Shown: positions 31,357 through 43,329, numbered from the stretch's first letter. The stretch: DNA of 64,000 nucleotides from Candidatus Bathyarchaeota archaeon (GCA_963807605.1 CAWECG010000004.1:448001-512000), one strand, 5' to 3'. Notes: generated by a model not told the origin, from the letters alone. Numbers and translations are program-made.

Positions 31357-31950
31357 ATGTTTGAAAGTTTTCTGCAAGAACTTCTCAAAGCGACTATCGC
31401 GTTACTCATAGTCGTTGATCCTCTAGGAAATGTGCCGATCTTCATTTCTCTCACAAAAAGCTTGCCTAAGGGTGACCGAAAAAGAGTCTTCAACACCGCA
31501 ACCGTAGTAGCCTTTGTTATTGCAATCGTTATCGTCCTCGGCGGTCAGCAAATCCTGAAGCTCTTCGGAATAGACATCTACAGCTTCATGATAGCTGGAG
31601 GAATCCTGCTGGGATTCGTAGCAATGAAGATACTAGTATATGGAGAGTGGTTGGAGGTGTCAGAGTCCAAAGAGGAGATTGGGGCAGTTCCCATAGCATT
31701 CCCCCTCCTTATAGGTCCAGGTGCAATAACTACACTTCTGGTCTTCCATGAAACCTCCGGCGTTGCTATCGCAGTCCTCTCCGTGCTGATAGTCACTATT
31801 ATTACCAGGTTAGTAATGCAATTCGTAGATACCATCTATCGAATTCTAGGCAAGATTGGCTCCGTTGTAATCGCCAGATTGATGGCCGTATTCATTACGG
31901 CGATAGCTATTGAGTTCATCATAACAGGAATAAAGCACTCCTTCCCCTGA
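31357..31950 (+). CDS. MarC family membrane protein
   Basis: DPLGNVPIF, AGGILL, PIAFPLLIGPG. Confidence 0.93.
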   Translation: MFESFLQELLKATIALLIVVDPLGNVPIFISLTKSLPKGDRKRVFNTATVVAFVIAIVIVLGGQQILKLFGIDIYSFMIAGGILLGFVAMKILVYGEWLEVSESKEEIGAVPIAFPLLIGPGAITTLLVFHETSGVAIAVLSVLIVTIITRLVMQFVDTIYRILGKIGSVVIARLMAVFITAIAIEFIITGIKHSFP

Positions 31951-31985
31951 AGAGCTACTGCCACATATGACGATTAAGCGAAGCT

Positions 31986-33322
31986 GTGACATCCTCCCAC
32001 GGCTAAAGCCGTGGGCTTCCTGTTTCAATGACCGAACTTGCCTCCTCTCTTTTGCGGTAGAGGTATAGGTTCAATCTTCGCAGGCGTAGATTCGGGTGTG
32101 TCCCACCCTAGTCGATTCAGAATATTTACTGCGGAATTCCAGTCTCTATCCTTCATGAGTTCACAGTTTGGACACAGGTGCATCCGCTCGGAAAGGTTCT
32201 TCGGTACTGGAAATCCACATCTTGAACATTCTGTAGTTGTGTCACGTGATTCAGCAAATCTCACGTTCTTACCAGCGTATTCTGCTTTGTAAGAGGTGAA
32301 GGTTTGTAGTTGATGCCATGAAGCGTCTGCTATTGATTTGGCAAGATGATGATTTCGTATCATGTTTCTTATTGATAGGCGTTCAAATGCTATTAGGTCG
32401 AATCTATTCACGAGCGTATGGCTTAGCTTATGGTTGAAGTCTGTTCTCTGCAAGCGCACTTTGCGATGGACTCTCGCCACCTTGATGCGTTGTTTATCTT
32501 GATTATTCGATTCTTTCTTCTTTCTTGATAGTCGGCGTTGCTCTCTCCTCAACCTTTTTTGCATCTTCCGTAGGTATTTTGGTGGCTCTATCTTCTCGCC
32601 ATTGTTCAGGGTTATGAGAGATTTCAGACCGACATCAACGCCGACTGGGTTCTTTGGATGTCTCGTCTTTACTACTGTGAGAGGTATCTCCACTGGGAAG
32701 CATGCATACCACCTGTCAACGTCTCTGCGGATGGTGCAAGTCTTCACTGTTCCTTCTATAGGTCTGTGTTGTACAATTCGTATCGCGCCTATTTTTGAGA
32801 GAAACAACTTTCCAGTCGTTAGCTTGCATCCGTTCCCATATTGTGGGTATGTGAAACTGTCGTACTGGTTGCGTCCCTTGAAGCGGGGGTATCCGACCTT
32901 GCCATTCCACTTGCCTTCTTTCTTCTTTCTTGCTCTATCAAAGAAAGCGTTGAAAGTCCTCTCTATGCGTAGAGCGACGTCTTGCAAGACTTGTGAGTGG
33001 ACATCTTGGAGATAGTGGCTGGTGTTTTTGGCGTTTACGAGTCCTCGTTTCTGCTCGTAGAAAGATGGTGATCTTCCGTCGTTTCCATATTTGTCTCTGC
33101 GTTCCGCAAGCATAAGGTTATAGAGGATTCGACAGGTGTTGAGTGTCTTTGCGAGTTTTTCCTCTTGGTCCCTGTTCGGATAGATGCGGTACTTGTAGGC
33201 TAGAAGCATCACAGCACCTCACAAACATATGTTGACCTAAAAATTTAAACATCTGGCGTCTCGCTCTGGAACGCAATTCATCCCACCGCTAAAGCATGTG
33301 GGGTTTCTTGCTCAAATCCTCT
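31986..33322 (-). mobile_element. TnpB-only IS200/IS605 element 1 (target probably TTAG)
   Basis: subterminal hairpins at both ends; right end ...GATGTCAC. Confidence 0.88.
32025..33212 (-). CDS. tnpB: RNA-guided endonuclease TnpB
   Basis: YKYRIYP, GVDVG, FERL, Zn finger, DRDWNSA. Confidence 0.95.
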   Translation of the reverse strand: MMLLAYKYRIYPNRDQEEKLAKTLNTCRILYNLMLAERRDKYGNDGRSPSFYEQKRGLVNAKNTSHYLQDVHSQVLQDVALRIERTFNAFFDRARKKKEGKWNGKVGYPRFKGRNQYDSFTYPQYGNGCKLTTGKLFLSKIGAIRIVQHRPIEGTVKTCTIRRDVDRWYACFPVEIPLTVVKTRHPKNPVGVDVGLKSLITLNNGEKIEPPKYLRKMQKRLRREQRRLSRKKKESNNQDKQRIKVARVHRKVRLQRTDFNHKLSHTLVNRFDLIAFERLSIRNMIRNHHLAKSIADASWHQLQTFTSYKAEYAGKNVRFAESRDTTTECSRCGFPVPKNLSERMHLCPNCELMKDRDWNSAVNILNRLGWDTPESTPAKIEPIPLPQKRGGKFGH

Positions 33323-33389
33323 CTAAGAATGCTATAATTGAGTAGGGTGTTCGCATCTCGCTTCACTGCAACATCTTGAAGGCTGAACG

Positions 33390-33818
33390 CTAAGGTTTGC
33401 CGATTCTCCAGACGATGTCACCGAGGATCTCGGTCAACCTAGGTTCGTTCCTGACGATATCGGTGGAGGTGACAATTCCAACTAGCTTCCTATCTCGCAC
33501 CACAGGCAACTTCTTGATGCGTCTATCAGCCATAATCTTAGCCGCTTCTTCAATGCTGACTTCCTCATTTATTGTTAAAAGGGGACTGGACATAATCTCC
33601 TTCGCCTTCATAGACTCACCTGCCAGATTCACCTCAAGAACTCGGCGGAGTATGTCTCTCTCGGTAATTATTCCCGTGGGCTTTTCTCCTTCAACAACCA
33701 CCAGTGAACCGATATCGAACTTGTTCATCTTACGAACTACTTCAGTGACCGTGGAGTTGGTCCTCACGGTCTTTACATTCTGACTCATTACATCTCTAAC
33801 GAGGATTACGCCTTCCAT
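33390..33818 (-). CDS. CBS-pair protein
   Basis: VRDVMS, GIITERD, GIVTSTD. Confidence 0.92.
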   Translation of the reverse strand: MEGVILVRDVMSQNVKTVRTNSTVTEVVRKMNKFDIGSLVVVEGEKPTGIITERDILRRVLEVNLAGESMKAKEIMSSPLLTINEEVSIEEAAKIMADRRIKKLPVVRDRKLVGIVTSTDIVRNEPRLTEILGDIVWRIGKP

Positions 33819-34020
33819 GATTGTATGAAATAGGAACCAATCTCTTTATTCTTTTCCATTTGTGCCAAGTCCTAGATCGACAATATCTGACCCGCCCCGC
33901 ACCGCACCGTAAAAAAATGCATGCCTCAGCTCAGTTTATGCCGTGTCCGCACAGGAAAAAGATCATTCAGTGGTTCCGGCGCGTGCTGATGTCATGCTTC
34001 AATCTTGGAACATTTACAGA

Positions 34021-34773
34021 CTAAATTATCAGGCCTCCGCTGACAACAATCAGTTGGCCCGTAACATAATCGAAGTCCTCAGAGCAGAGGCTGAGAACAA
34101 CACGGGCAACATGTTCCGGAGTACCTAAGCCCATCGGAATAGCTCCAGCCACACTCTCAAACTTCTCAGAAGGCATTGCTCTGGTCAATCTCGTATCGAT
34201 TATCCCAGGGGCGATAACATTTACGCAGACATTGTAGGAAGCCAGATCCCTCGCCGCTGATTTCGTAAAAGAGATCACGGCAGCCTTCGACGTCGCGTAG
34301 TTTATCTGTCCGAGATTGCTCCCGAGGCCCGCCATACTGGATAGGTTCACGATCTTTCCATAACGCTGATTCTTGAAATACTCGCAGACAGCCTTGGTCA
34401 TTAGAAACGTTCCTTTTAGATTGACATTCAAAACTAAACGCCACATTTGATCATCCATTTTGTGGATGACTTTATCCTGAGTTGTCCCAGCGTTATTGAC
34501 CAAAATGTGTAATCCTCCGAGTTCTTTCTTGGCCTTCTCTACCATCCCTTTGCAACTCTGCCAATCAGTCACATCACCTTCTTGCCTACCTGCCGACACA
34601 GCAACCTTTGTATTGTTTCTCATAAGCTCCTCAGCTGTGGCTTCTGCAACCTCGGAGTCAATGTCATTCAACAGAAGGGAAGCACCTTCCTTTGCGAGGA
34701 GACTGGCAATACTCTTTCCTATGCCTCGCCCTGAACCTGTGACTATTGCCACTCGACCTTCGAGTCGTTGCAT
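34021..34773 (-). CDS. SDR oxidoreductase (FabG-like)
   Basis: TGSGRGIG, NNAG, YATSK, PG. Confidence 0.92.
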   Translation of the reverse strand: MQRLEGRVAIVTGSGRGIGKSIASLLAKEGASLLLNDIDSEVAEATAEELMRNNTKVAVSAGRQEGDVTDWQSCKGMVEKAKKELGGLHILVNNAGTTQDKVIHKMDDQMWRLVLNVNLKGTFLMTKAVCEYFKNQRYGKIVNLSSMAGLGSNLGQINYATSKAAVISFTKSAARDLASYNVCVNVIAPGIIDTRLTRAMPSEKFESVAGAIPMGLGTPEHVARVVLSLCSEDFDYVTGQLIVVSGGLII

Positions 34774-34783
34774 GTAATTCACC

Positions 34784-35542
34784 TCAGAAATTGTAGGTGT
34801 CCAGTCCATAGTCGACGTTTATCGCTTGCCCGTTGATTGGTCTTCCATCCTCTGAGGCCAGAAAGAGAATGACCCGCGCGACCTGTTCAGCAGTAACATT
34901 GGTATTCGCCAATTCGACCTGAGTCTGCCTAAACTGATCCTTCAAGCTTGAGCTTAGACCTTGATCACCCTCGACGACTGGCCCCGTACAGACCGCTGAA
35001 CATGTAACTCCCCATCTGGACCATTCTCTACTTACAGACTTCATAATCCCCAAAACGCCGCCCATGGATGAAGAATAATCAATCATTGCTGCACACCCAC
35101 TCCTGGCGGCTATCGAGGAGACCAAAATCACACTTCCACGCTTTTTTTCCCTGAAACACTCGTAAACACCCTGAAGAGCATGGAAGACTGTCGTAAGATT
35201 CCTCTCCATCAACATGTCAATATCTTCGACACTAGATTTTTCCATCTCCTTTCCGACTGAACTTCCCTCATTACAAACCAGAATATCTACAGAGTTGAAT
35301 CTATCAACAACCGCCTTTGTAAGCTGAATACCAGCCTGAGCCTTACACAGATCAAAATTCGTAGCCAAAGCCCTAGAGCCCAAGCTCTCCTGAAGAGACC
35401 TTATAATTTCCTCTCTGGCATCATTCATGGCAACGTTAGCATTCTCTTCGTGGAAAAGACGAGCAGCAACTTGACCTACACTCCCCGCAGCATTAGTAAT
35501 CACAACTGTCTTACCTGCAAATCTTCCCGGACTAATGCCCAA
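34784..35542 (-). CDS. degenerate SDR (probably non-catalytic)
   Basis: TNAAGSVG, CNEG and YSSSM replace the canonical motifs. Confidence 0.85.
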   Translation of the reverse strand: MGISPGRFAGKTVVITNAAGSVGQVAARLFHEENANVAMNDAREEIIRSLQESLGSRALATNFDLCKAQAGIQLTKAVVDRFNSVDILVCNEGSSVGKEMEKSSVEDIDMLMERNLTTVFHALQGVYECFREKKRGSVILVSSIAARSGCAAMIDYSSSMGGVLGIMKSVSREWSRWGVTCSAVCTGPVVEGDQGLSSSLKDQFRQTQVELANTNVTAEQVARVILFLASEDGRPINGQAINVDYGLDTYNF

Positions 35543-35703
35543 AACGCACTCCGCCCCTCAATACTCTCGATAGAGACATTGAGAACTAGACAATATGGTA
35601 AAGGGTTTTGCGGTTCAGACGCATTTGTACTGACGATATGCCTTAAAGGAGGTCCAAGCAACTCTCAAGTTTGAAATGGTAAGCTTCAAAGGTTGATCCC
35701 GAG

Positions 35704-36348
35704 TTGAACAAGACCGTTTTTACAATAGTATCGATTGTTCTCATCTCCCTCGTCATACCCGTTGTTAGCGGTGCTCAATCAAATCAGAAAGCTCCAGACT
35801 TCCAGCTCACTGATATCCATGGAAAAACCTTCTCCCTCTCCGATTTCAAGGGCAAGATCTTCTTATTGGAATTCTTTGCTAGCTGGTGTGGTCCTTGTAA
35901 GACTCAGCTTACGGAGCTGAAGGCCATCAGAACAGCGTACCCGCAGGAGCAGTTAGCAATGGCTTCCATAAGCTTCGACCCTGCCACTGATACTGATGAG
36001 AGCCTGAGCCGCCTAGCCGATAATGTTAGTGCGACATGGATTCTAGCTAGGGATACTACAGGCATAAGCGACGCTTATAACGTCAACATCGCTCCAACCA
36101 TATTCTTGATCGACAGAACAGGTTTCATTCGTTATACACACATGGGATTCACAAAATCCAAAATCTTAACACCGGAGATCGATCAGCTGACCTCAGAGTC
36201 GCCTCCACCCATATCACCGAAATCACCGTCGGGGGGCGACACAACATCCTTACTTTTAGTGGTAGTCGTCATCATCATGGCAGGCAGTGCGATATTAGCA
36301 ATAAGAAAGTGGAGGCCCCGACAGAAAGCTCGAAGACCCAAGCGCTAA
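35704..36348 (+). CDS. membrane-anchored TlpA/ResA-like thiol-disulfide oxidoreductase
   Basis: signal peptide, APDF, WCGPC, C-terminal TM with basic tail. Confidence 0.88.
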   Translation: MNKTVFTIVSIVLISLVIPVVSGAQSNQKAPDFQLTDIHGKTFSLSDFKGKIFLLEFFASWCGPCKTQLTELKAIRTAYPQEQLAMASISFDPATDTDESLSRLADNVSATWILARDTTGISDAYNVNIAPTIFLIDRTGFIRYTHMGFTKSKILTPEIDQLTSESPPPISPKSPSGGDTTSLLLVVVVIIMAGSAILAIRKWRPRQKARRPKR

Positions 36349-36349
36349 C

Positions 36350-37674
<1,325 letters not shown>

Positions 37675-37732
37675 ATAAAAGACTGAAGGATCCACAATTT
37701 CAATGCATTCATGACAAGGAAGGATAGGAAAG

Positions 37733-38026
37733 TCATTTCGATCTATAAGCTTGGGCAACTGCTTCCACGACTGCCTTTGCGAAATCCTCTGGAGCAGCTC
37801 CTACCAAAACATACCCCTTTCCTAAGAAACTCAGTACATGGCTACTAATAATCTCTGGTCGTGCTCTCAACATAACGAGTTCCTTTTCCAGTTCCTGAAT
37901 TCCATCCTCTGGGTGCAGGAAGAAGTCTCCAGTGATGACTACGTTCTCCACAACTCCTCTATCGACGGTGCACTGAACCCTGATCAGTTTGCCACCGGCG
38001 ACCTTGATTTCAGATCTTCCTATCAT
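37733..38026 (-). CDS. lipoate-protein ligase accessory (C-terminal) subunit
   Basis: KVAGGKLIRV, ITGDFFLHPE. Confidence 0.88.
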   Translation of the reverse strand: MIGRSEIKVAGGKLIRVQCTVDRGVVENVVITGDFFLHPEDGIQELEKELVMLRARPEIISSHVLSFLGKGYVLVGAAPEDFAKAVVEAVAQAYRSK

Positions 38027-38031
38027 CTACG

Positions 38032-38817
38032 TCATCTCCTGAAGATCCACTCTGGATTCGAATACTTCCCTTTGCTAAGATCTTCGGCGAGTGTAATCTC
38101 TTCCTTTGTAAGGCTTCCGTTGGCCAATCTGAGATTGAGTGCCTTTTCAAACCCTCTTTCGAGCGATTCGGCGACATCTTCCAATGATGGTTTCTTTGAC
38201 AGTTCCTTCTTCAATGTAGTAACGCGCTGTTGAGCAGAAACGATCATCTTGTCACGTATCTTCTCATCAGAGACTCTAAGCAAGTTGAACATCTTCTCCA
38301 AGTCGGCATCGACAAGGATGGTGCCATGCTGCAGTACAACACCAAGTCTCCTTGTTTGGGCGTTACCAGATATCTTTTTGCCACCAACCATTATGTCGTT
38401 GACTGCGTGAAACGAAGCATCGACGCCTAAGGATTGGAGACCACTGATTATGCCGCCGCAGATCACTTCATACGACCTTATGATGTCTTTCGGTATGGAT
38501 AGCTCATCTTCGCCAGCAATCAGACTGTACGTAACTTCTCCCAGACTATCATGAAAAACCGCCCCGCCACCAGTAATTCTCCGTACAACATCGACTCCCT
38601 CAGCCTTGCAAACATCAAGATTGACTTCAGCTTCGACGCTCTGAAAAAAGCCTATAGACACTGCAGAGGGATTCCAGCGATAGAACCTGATTGTGTTGGG
38701 ACTCTGTTTCTTGGAACAGGTAGTCAAGATCGCTTCATCAATGGCCATGTTCATGGCTGCATTGTTCGCTGAGAATTCAAGAAGACGCCAGTCAGATGTC
38801 GTATCCACCATATTCAT
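38032..38817 (-). CDS. lplA: lipoate-protein ligase catalytic subunit
   Basis: NMAIDEA, RRITGGGAVFH, NDI..GKKISGNAQ, QHGT. Confidence 0.93.
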   Translation of the reverse strand: MNMVDTTSDWRLLEFSANNAAMNMAIDEAILTTCSKKQSPNTIRFYRWNPSAVSIGFFQSVEAEVNLDVCKAEGVDVVRRITGGGAVFHDSLGEVTYSLIAGEDELSIPKDIIRSYEVICGGIISGLQSLGVDASFHAVNDIMVGGKKISGNAQTRRLGVVLQHGTILVDADLEKMFNLLRVSDEKIRDKMIVSAQQRVTTLKKELSKKPSLEDVAESLERGFEKALNLRLANGSLTKEEITLAEDLSKGKYSNPEWIFRR

Positions 38818-38860
38818 TCGTGCTCAACACACACGCTCAACCTAAAATATTTAACTAGAT

Positions 38861-39868
38861 GTGCATAAGGTCCAGCTATCGGTTGGAAGGGGGAGATTGC
38901 CGAAATTCATTGAGCGCCTAATCGACAGCGACATCAAGGCTGAGTTGCTAATGCTCTTCCATCGCAACCCAAGCTTGAACGTTGCTCTCGAAGATTTGGT
39001 TACAAGAATTGGCAAAGACGCCTCCCTGGTACGAAAGGATGTTGAAGAGTTCGTTCACCTTGGTATACTGAAAGAGAGTAAGAACTATCAACTCAATGTG
39101 GAGAAGGATAAAGAAATCCAGGACCTAATCGCTGTTCACTTGGCAGGCGAAACCAAGATCGAGGAACCTGAAATCACGAAATACAGATCGACTACCGGCA
39201 TACCCTTTCTCGATGAACGATTGTCAGGCGGCATCCCACCGTCATCGACTATTCTCATCATGGGAGATCCCAACTCTGGGAAAGAACTGCTGGTCTATCA
39301 GATAATCGCGGAAGTCCTCAAGAACAACAAAGCCGTTGTCTACGCGGCCTTCGACGATTTTCCAGAAAGAATCAGAGAGTCCATTGGAAGGCTCGCCCCC
39401 CAAGTTCTGAGTAAGGTCGATACCAAGTTTCTGTTCATCGACTATTACTCGAAACTGGTGGGTTCGGAGAGCCTTGAGAAGTACAGTGGGGATCCGTCGA
39501 ACATAATGGAGCTGGCGATTACGATAACTCGACTTCTCCCCAAGGAAGAAGGATTGCTTGTCTTGGACTCGGCCTCAACTCTTTTTCAAAGTGCGGGTGT
39601 CAAATCATCGATCGAGCTTCTGCGGAGAGTGATAGCGAGGGTGAGGAAATCAAAGGCAAATTGCTTGATAAGTATGACAAGAGGAGCCTTTCATCCCGCC
39701 ATTGTCGCGGCAACTCAAGATCTTGTCGATGGAGTAGTGGAGATGAAGGTTGAAGAGATTCAAGGAGCTCTTAAGGCGCAGCTTAGAGTGGCAAAGATGA
39801 GACATGCAAAGTGTGATACTTCCTGGATCTCCTACGAATTTACTCCAGACCAAGGATTGCGAGTCTGA
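38861..39868 (+). CDS. KaiC/RAD55-family ATPase with N-terminal winged helix
   Basis: TTGIPFLD..L.GG, GDPNSGKE, LVLDS, VAKMR. Confidence 0.85.
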   Translation: MHKVQLSVGRGRLPKFIERLIDSDIKAELLMLFHRNPSLNVALEDLVTRIGKDASLVRKDVEEFVHLGILKESKNYQLNVEKDKEIQDLIAVHLAGETKIEEPEITKYRSTTGIPFLDERLSGGIPPSSTILIMGDPNSGKELLVYQIIAEVLKNNKAVVYAAFDDFPERIRESIGRLAPQVLSKVDTKFLFIDYYSKLVGSESLEKYSGDPSNIMELAITITRLLPKEEGLLVLDSASTLFQSAGVKSSIELLRRVIARVRKSKANCLISMTRGAFHPAIVAATQDLVDGVVEMKVEEIQGALKAQLRVAKMRHAKCDTSWISYEFTPDQGLRV

Positions 39869-39903
39869 GGAGAACACTACGAACTCATCTGGACAAAGAA
39901 TCT

Positions 39904-40305
39904 TCATGTTGGAAGGACGAACGGTCCTCTAGAGAGGGCGCGCTTCTTCAATTCCGCTATCGCCAATGTGAGGCCGCCGTTACAGATTTCACCGTGTTCT
40001 GCATCGAGATTATCAAGGAGGTTGTGTGTGATTATTCGTTGGATCACCGTCCCTCCCTTGCCGAATACTTTGTCGATTGCCTCACAGAAGAGATCGGGCT
40101 TGGTAGCAACATCGCCTCTTCTAAAATCAAAGTTTTTCAGCAAATATGAGTAGAGAGCTTCAGTTGCCTTCCCACCTAGGATTGAGGTCAAGATGTCTTC
40201 GACGACTGCAGTCACCAGATCCTCGGGGCTTGACAGGCGCACTACACCTTCGGTTCTGTTGTCGAACGGTTTGTGTTTTGGGCGGAGGTTCAACTGTTCG
40301 GTCAT
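39904..40305 (-). CDS. hypothetical protein (DUF3227/NitrOD-like small domain)
   Basis: L..ILG..A..ALY.YL...PDLF..A...VFG.GG pattern. Confidence 0.55.
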   Translation of the reverse strand: MTEQLNLRPKHKPFDNRTEGVVRLSSPEDLVTAVVEDILTSILGGKATEALYSYLLKNFDFRRGDVATKPDLFCEAIDKVFGKGGTVIQRIITHNLLDNLDAEHGEICNGGLTLAIAELKKRALSRGPFVLPT

Positions 40306-40321
40306 TTCCGACCGGTAACTC

Positions 40322-40774
40322 CTATGGATTAATAGGGTTCCCCAGACCCCAGATGGACTGTTCCAACGCGTGAAACGTCAGCTCATCTCTGCCCATGAAA
40401 TAACCCAATAAACACCGGGGAACATCCGAGTCAGGCTTTTCAACCTTAAGAGCCTCAACGAAAGCTTCGCATGCATACTTCGGCCACGACTGGATCAGAC
40501 TGAGAACTGTTTTATGAACGAAGTCTCTTTCATATTCTTCCTTGCTCTTTATCGGGAAGTATCTTTTTCGTCTTCCACCTCTACATGTCTCTTCTCGAAA
40601 CCGCAGGACGTTTTTCCTGCAGAGGTCTTTGAGATAGAGCAGGATGGCTGTGCGAGAGACACTTCTGAGGCCAAACCTTTCCTTAACATAATTGTAGACT
40701 TCGCTTCCTATGAGACCTTCATCAACCTTAGTCCACAAAATATCTAAAACAACATCTCTGTAATCTTCATCCAA
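40322..40774 (-). CDS. winged-helix regulator (BlaI/CopY-like)
   Basis: VLDILW, GSEVY, SRTAILLYL, GGRRKRY. Confidence 0.75.
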   Translation of the reverse strand: MDEDYRDVVLDILWTKVDEGLIGSEVYNYVKERFGLRSVSRTAILLYLKDLCRKNVLRFREETCRGGRRKRYFPIKSKEEYERDFVHKTVLSLIQSWPKYACEAFVEALKVEKPDSDVPRCLLGYFMGRDELTFHALEQSIWGLGNPINP

Positions 40775-40895
40775 CTGTGAGGAGCCCCGCGCCCATTTTG
40801 AAACAATAACTGCTAGCTTTCACTAACACTTTAACTTGGCGAATCCCACAATCCCACGACTCGATGAATCTCACAATCCCGCTTCACCACCGGGC

Positions 40896-42323
40896 TTATC
40901 TCCTTGCACGTATTCTCGGATTCAAGACCTCATCCATAGTGTTGCCTATGAATACAAAGGAGATCGAGAGCATTGTTATAGCAACTCCAGGCGGGATGAT
41001 CCACCACCATGCAAGGTTCTGGAATGCACCGAAGGCGTTGGCTGAGTAGAACATCCTCCCCCAGGACGCGGTATTCGGATCGCCGAGCGCAAGGAAACTC
41101 AGCGCCGCCTCCGTTATGATTGCTCCAGGAATGTAGAGTGCGATGCTAGCGTACGCCAAGGGCAGGACGTTGGGAAGTAGATGTCTCAAAATTATCCATC
41201 TGCTTGAGGAGCCGATGGCTCTCGAAGCCTCAACAAACGTCGCCGTCTTAAGCTGGAGAACTTGAGCTCTAACCAACCTGGCGAATCCTGGCCAACTCAA
41301 TATTCCGAGCAGAAAGACTATGTTCCAAATATTTCTCCCGAAGAGTCCACTTAAGATCATCAGCATCGGCAGGCCCGGAAGGACGAGCAAGACATCAACC
41401 AGCCTCATGGATGCTTCATCCGTTATCCCACCTTGGTAACCCGAGACTAGGCCGACACCAAGCCCTATGAATACAGAAAGCAGAGCTGCACTCACGCCTA
41501 TCAACAAAGACACCCTCGTGCCGTACAAGAGCTGAGCGAATAGGTCAGCACCCAATTCATCCGTTCCAAGGACTCCATGGACCCTTCCAGGCACATGAAT
41601 CACCAGTCTACTCATAGTGACATTCAAAATTGAAGGACCAGCCGTAGATCCGTTTGCTTGGAACCTAATCATTAAGGAATAGATACCCTTCTTTGAGAAG
41701 ACTCGTACAGCCACGTTCTGGTACCATTCAAGCCCCAATTCAGCTTTATACTCGAAGGGTAAACCTTTCGAGTCAAGGTTCAGTTGCGAAGGCTCCAAGG
41801 GCCCTGTTCTGGGACCGCTACTCCAGATCATAAACCGCTTCGAGCCCGGATCGATTATGAATACCTGAACTTGATAGGTGCTGTTCTTTACAGCGTTAAA
41901 CCGGAAGTCTGTGCTGACTTGAAAGCTTAGAGGAGGGGCGTACTCGTATCCGAATTGGTGAGTCATTTCAGCATTCGCTGACACCTTCGATCCGTTGGAT
42001 GTCAAGAAAGCAAAAGTCAATGGATCGCTGCGCATCACTTTGAAAGGCTCTTCCGTCCTGATGCTCCAATTACCCGCATCTGCCTTTGGAGACACGGAAA
42101 AATCCATTGTACTCGGGAAGTCCCTGTATTGAGGGAGTATTCTATACCAGGAGGGTAGCGCTAGGCCTTCCGCGAGAAACCTGCCACCCAAAGGATCATA
42201 AGGCGTCAAGACCGGAGCGAAGATCGCTACGAATAGGAAGAATGCCAGTATGGACAGCCCAATCAGTCCCAATCGGCTTCTTCTGTAAGATGACCAGAAT
42301 CTCCGAAGGGTACTTCGTGACAA
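40896..42323 (-). CDS. peptide ABC transporter permease (DppC-like)
   Basis: LGTDELGAD, EAA loop, RHLLPN. Confidence 0.92.
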   Translation of the reverse strand: MSRSTLRRFWSSYRRSRLGLIGLSILAFFLFVAIFAPVLTPYDPLGGRFLAEGLALPSWYRILPQYRDFPSTMDFSVSPKADAGNWSIRTEEPFKVMRSDPLTFAFLTSNGSKVSANAEMTHQFGYEYAPPLSFQVSTDFRFNAVKNSTYQVQVFIIDPGSKRFMIWSSGPRTGPLEPSQLNLDSKGLPFEYKAELGLEWYQNVAVRVFSKKGIYSLMIRFQANGSTAGPSILNVTMSRLVIHVPGRVHGVLGTDELGADLFAQLLYGTRVSLLIGVSAALLSVFIGLGVGLVSGYQGGITDEASMRLVDVLLVLPGLPMLMILSGLFGRNIWNIVFLLGILSWPGFARLVRAQVLQLKTATFVEASRAIGSSSRWIILRHLLPNVLPLAYASIALYIPGAIITEAALSFLALGDPNTASWGRMFYSANAFGAFQNLAWWWIIPPGVAITMLSISFVFIGNTMDEVLNPRIRARR

Positions 42324-42334
42324 TCAATTCATCC

Positions 42335-43321
42335 TCAGTATCTTATCCTGGGGTCCAACAGACCGTATGCCAAGTCTACTACCAAGTTGGCCAAGATCGT
42401 TACGAGGCTGAGAAGGAAGAATGTCCCCTGCATTACAGGATAATCGTTTTGCAGGATTGCCTCGTACAGATAGCGTCCTATTCCATACCAGCTGAAGATA
42501 GTCTCGGTAAGTACGGCTCCGCCCATTATTCCTGCCAGACTTAATCCAATCATAGTCGAGATGGGGGGCAGGATGCTTCGCAAACCGTGGTGGTAGACTA
42601 TTGACCGAGAGTCGAGGCCCTTCGCCCTAGCCGTTACAATGTAATCTTGCGTCAGGACATCTATCATCAGGTTCCGTATTATCAGGGTATATCCGCCGAA
42701 ACCAATTATCACCAAAGTGATCATCGGCAGGGTGAGATGCCACAAAACGTCAAGAGCATAACTTACAGGGTCTGTTGGTGGGGGTCTCGACACGGTTCCT
42801 GCAACCGGAAAATTGATGAGACCACCGGTTTTTATTGGTAAGTAGTAAGCAAAGACCATTAGAAGCAGCAGGCCAAGAAAGAAGGTTGGCAACCCTTCGG
42901 TCAAGAGACCGAAGGTTACGCTTCCAACATCTCTCTTCGACCCTCTATGTGAAGCGGCAGAAACACCCAGAATTACTCCCAATATTATAGTCAAGATTGT
43001 TGAGGATCCCATCAAAAGAATTGTGTTTGGAAGTCGTTCCATTATTTCGTCAGAGACGTATCTCTGGGAGATGAAGGAGATGCCGAGTCTTCCGCTGAAG
43101 AGATTGTACAGATACGTGAAGAATTGCTCATAGAGGGGCCTATCCAGTCCCCAGAGTTGCATTAGAGCTTGCCTAGCCTCCAATGGGAGGTTCGGGCTAA
43201 CAAAATATGTGATTGGGTTGCCCGGCATGACCCTGAAGATGAAAAACTGTAGGGTAACGGTCACTATCAGAACAATGAACGTGTTTATGATTCTTCTCGT
43301 TGCATAGGCTTTGAAGCCCAT
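42335..43321 (-). CDS. peptide ABC transporter permease (DppB-like)
   Basis: MPGNP, TARAKGL, ETIFSW.GIG, DPRIR. Confidence 0.93.
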   Translation of the reverse strand: MGFKAYATRRIINTFIVLIVTVTLQFFIFRVMPGNPITYFVSPNLPLEARQALMQLWGLDRPLYEQFFTYLYNLFSGRLGISFISQRYVSDEIMERLPNTILLMGSSTILTIILGVILGVSAASHRGSKRDVGSVTFGLLTEGLPTFFLGLLLLMVFAYYLPIKTGGLINFPVAGTVSRPPPTDPVSYALDVLWHLTLPMITLVIIGFGGYTLIIRNLMIDVLTQDYIVTARAKGLDSRSIVYHHGLRSILPPISTMIGLSLAGIMGGAVLTETIFSWYGIGRYLYEAILQNDYPVMQGTFFLLSLVTILANLVVDLAYGLLDPRIRY

Positions 43322-43329
43322 CCAAGCAC

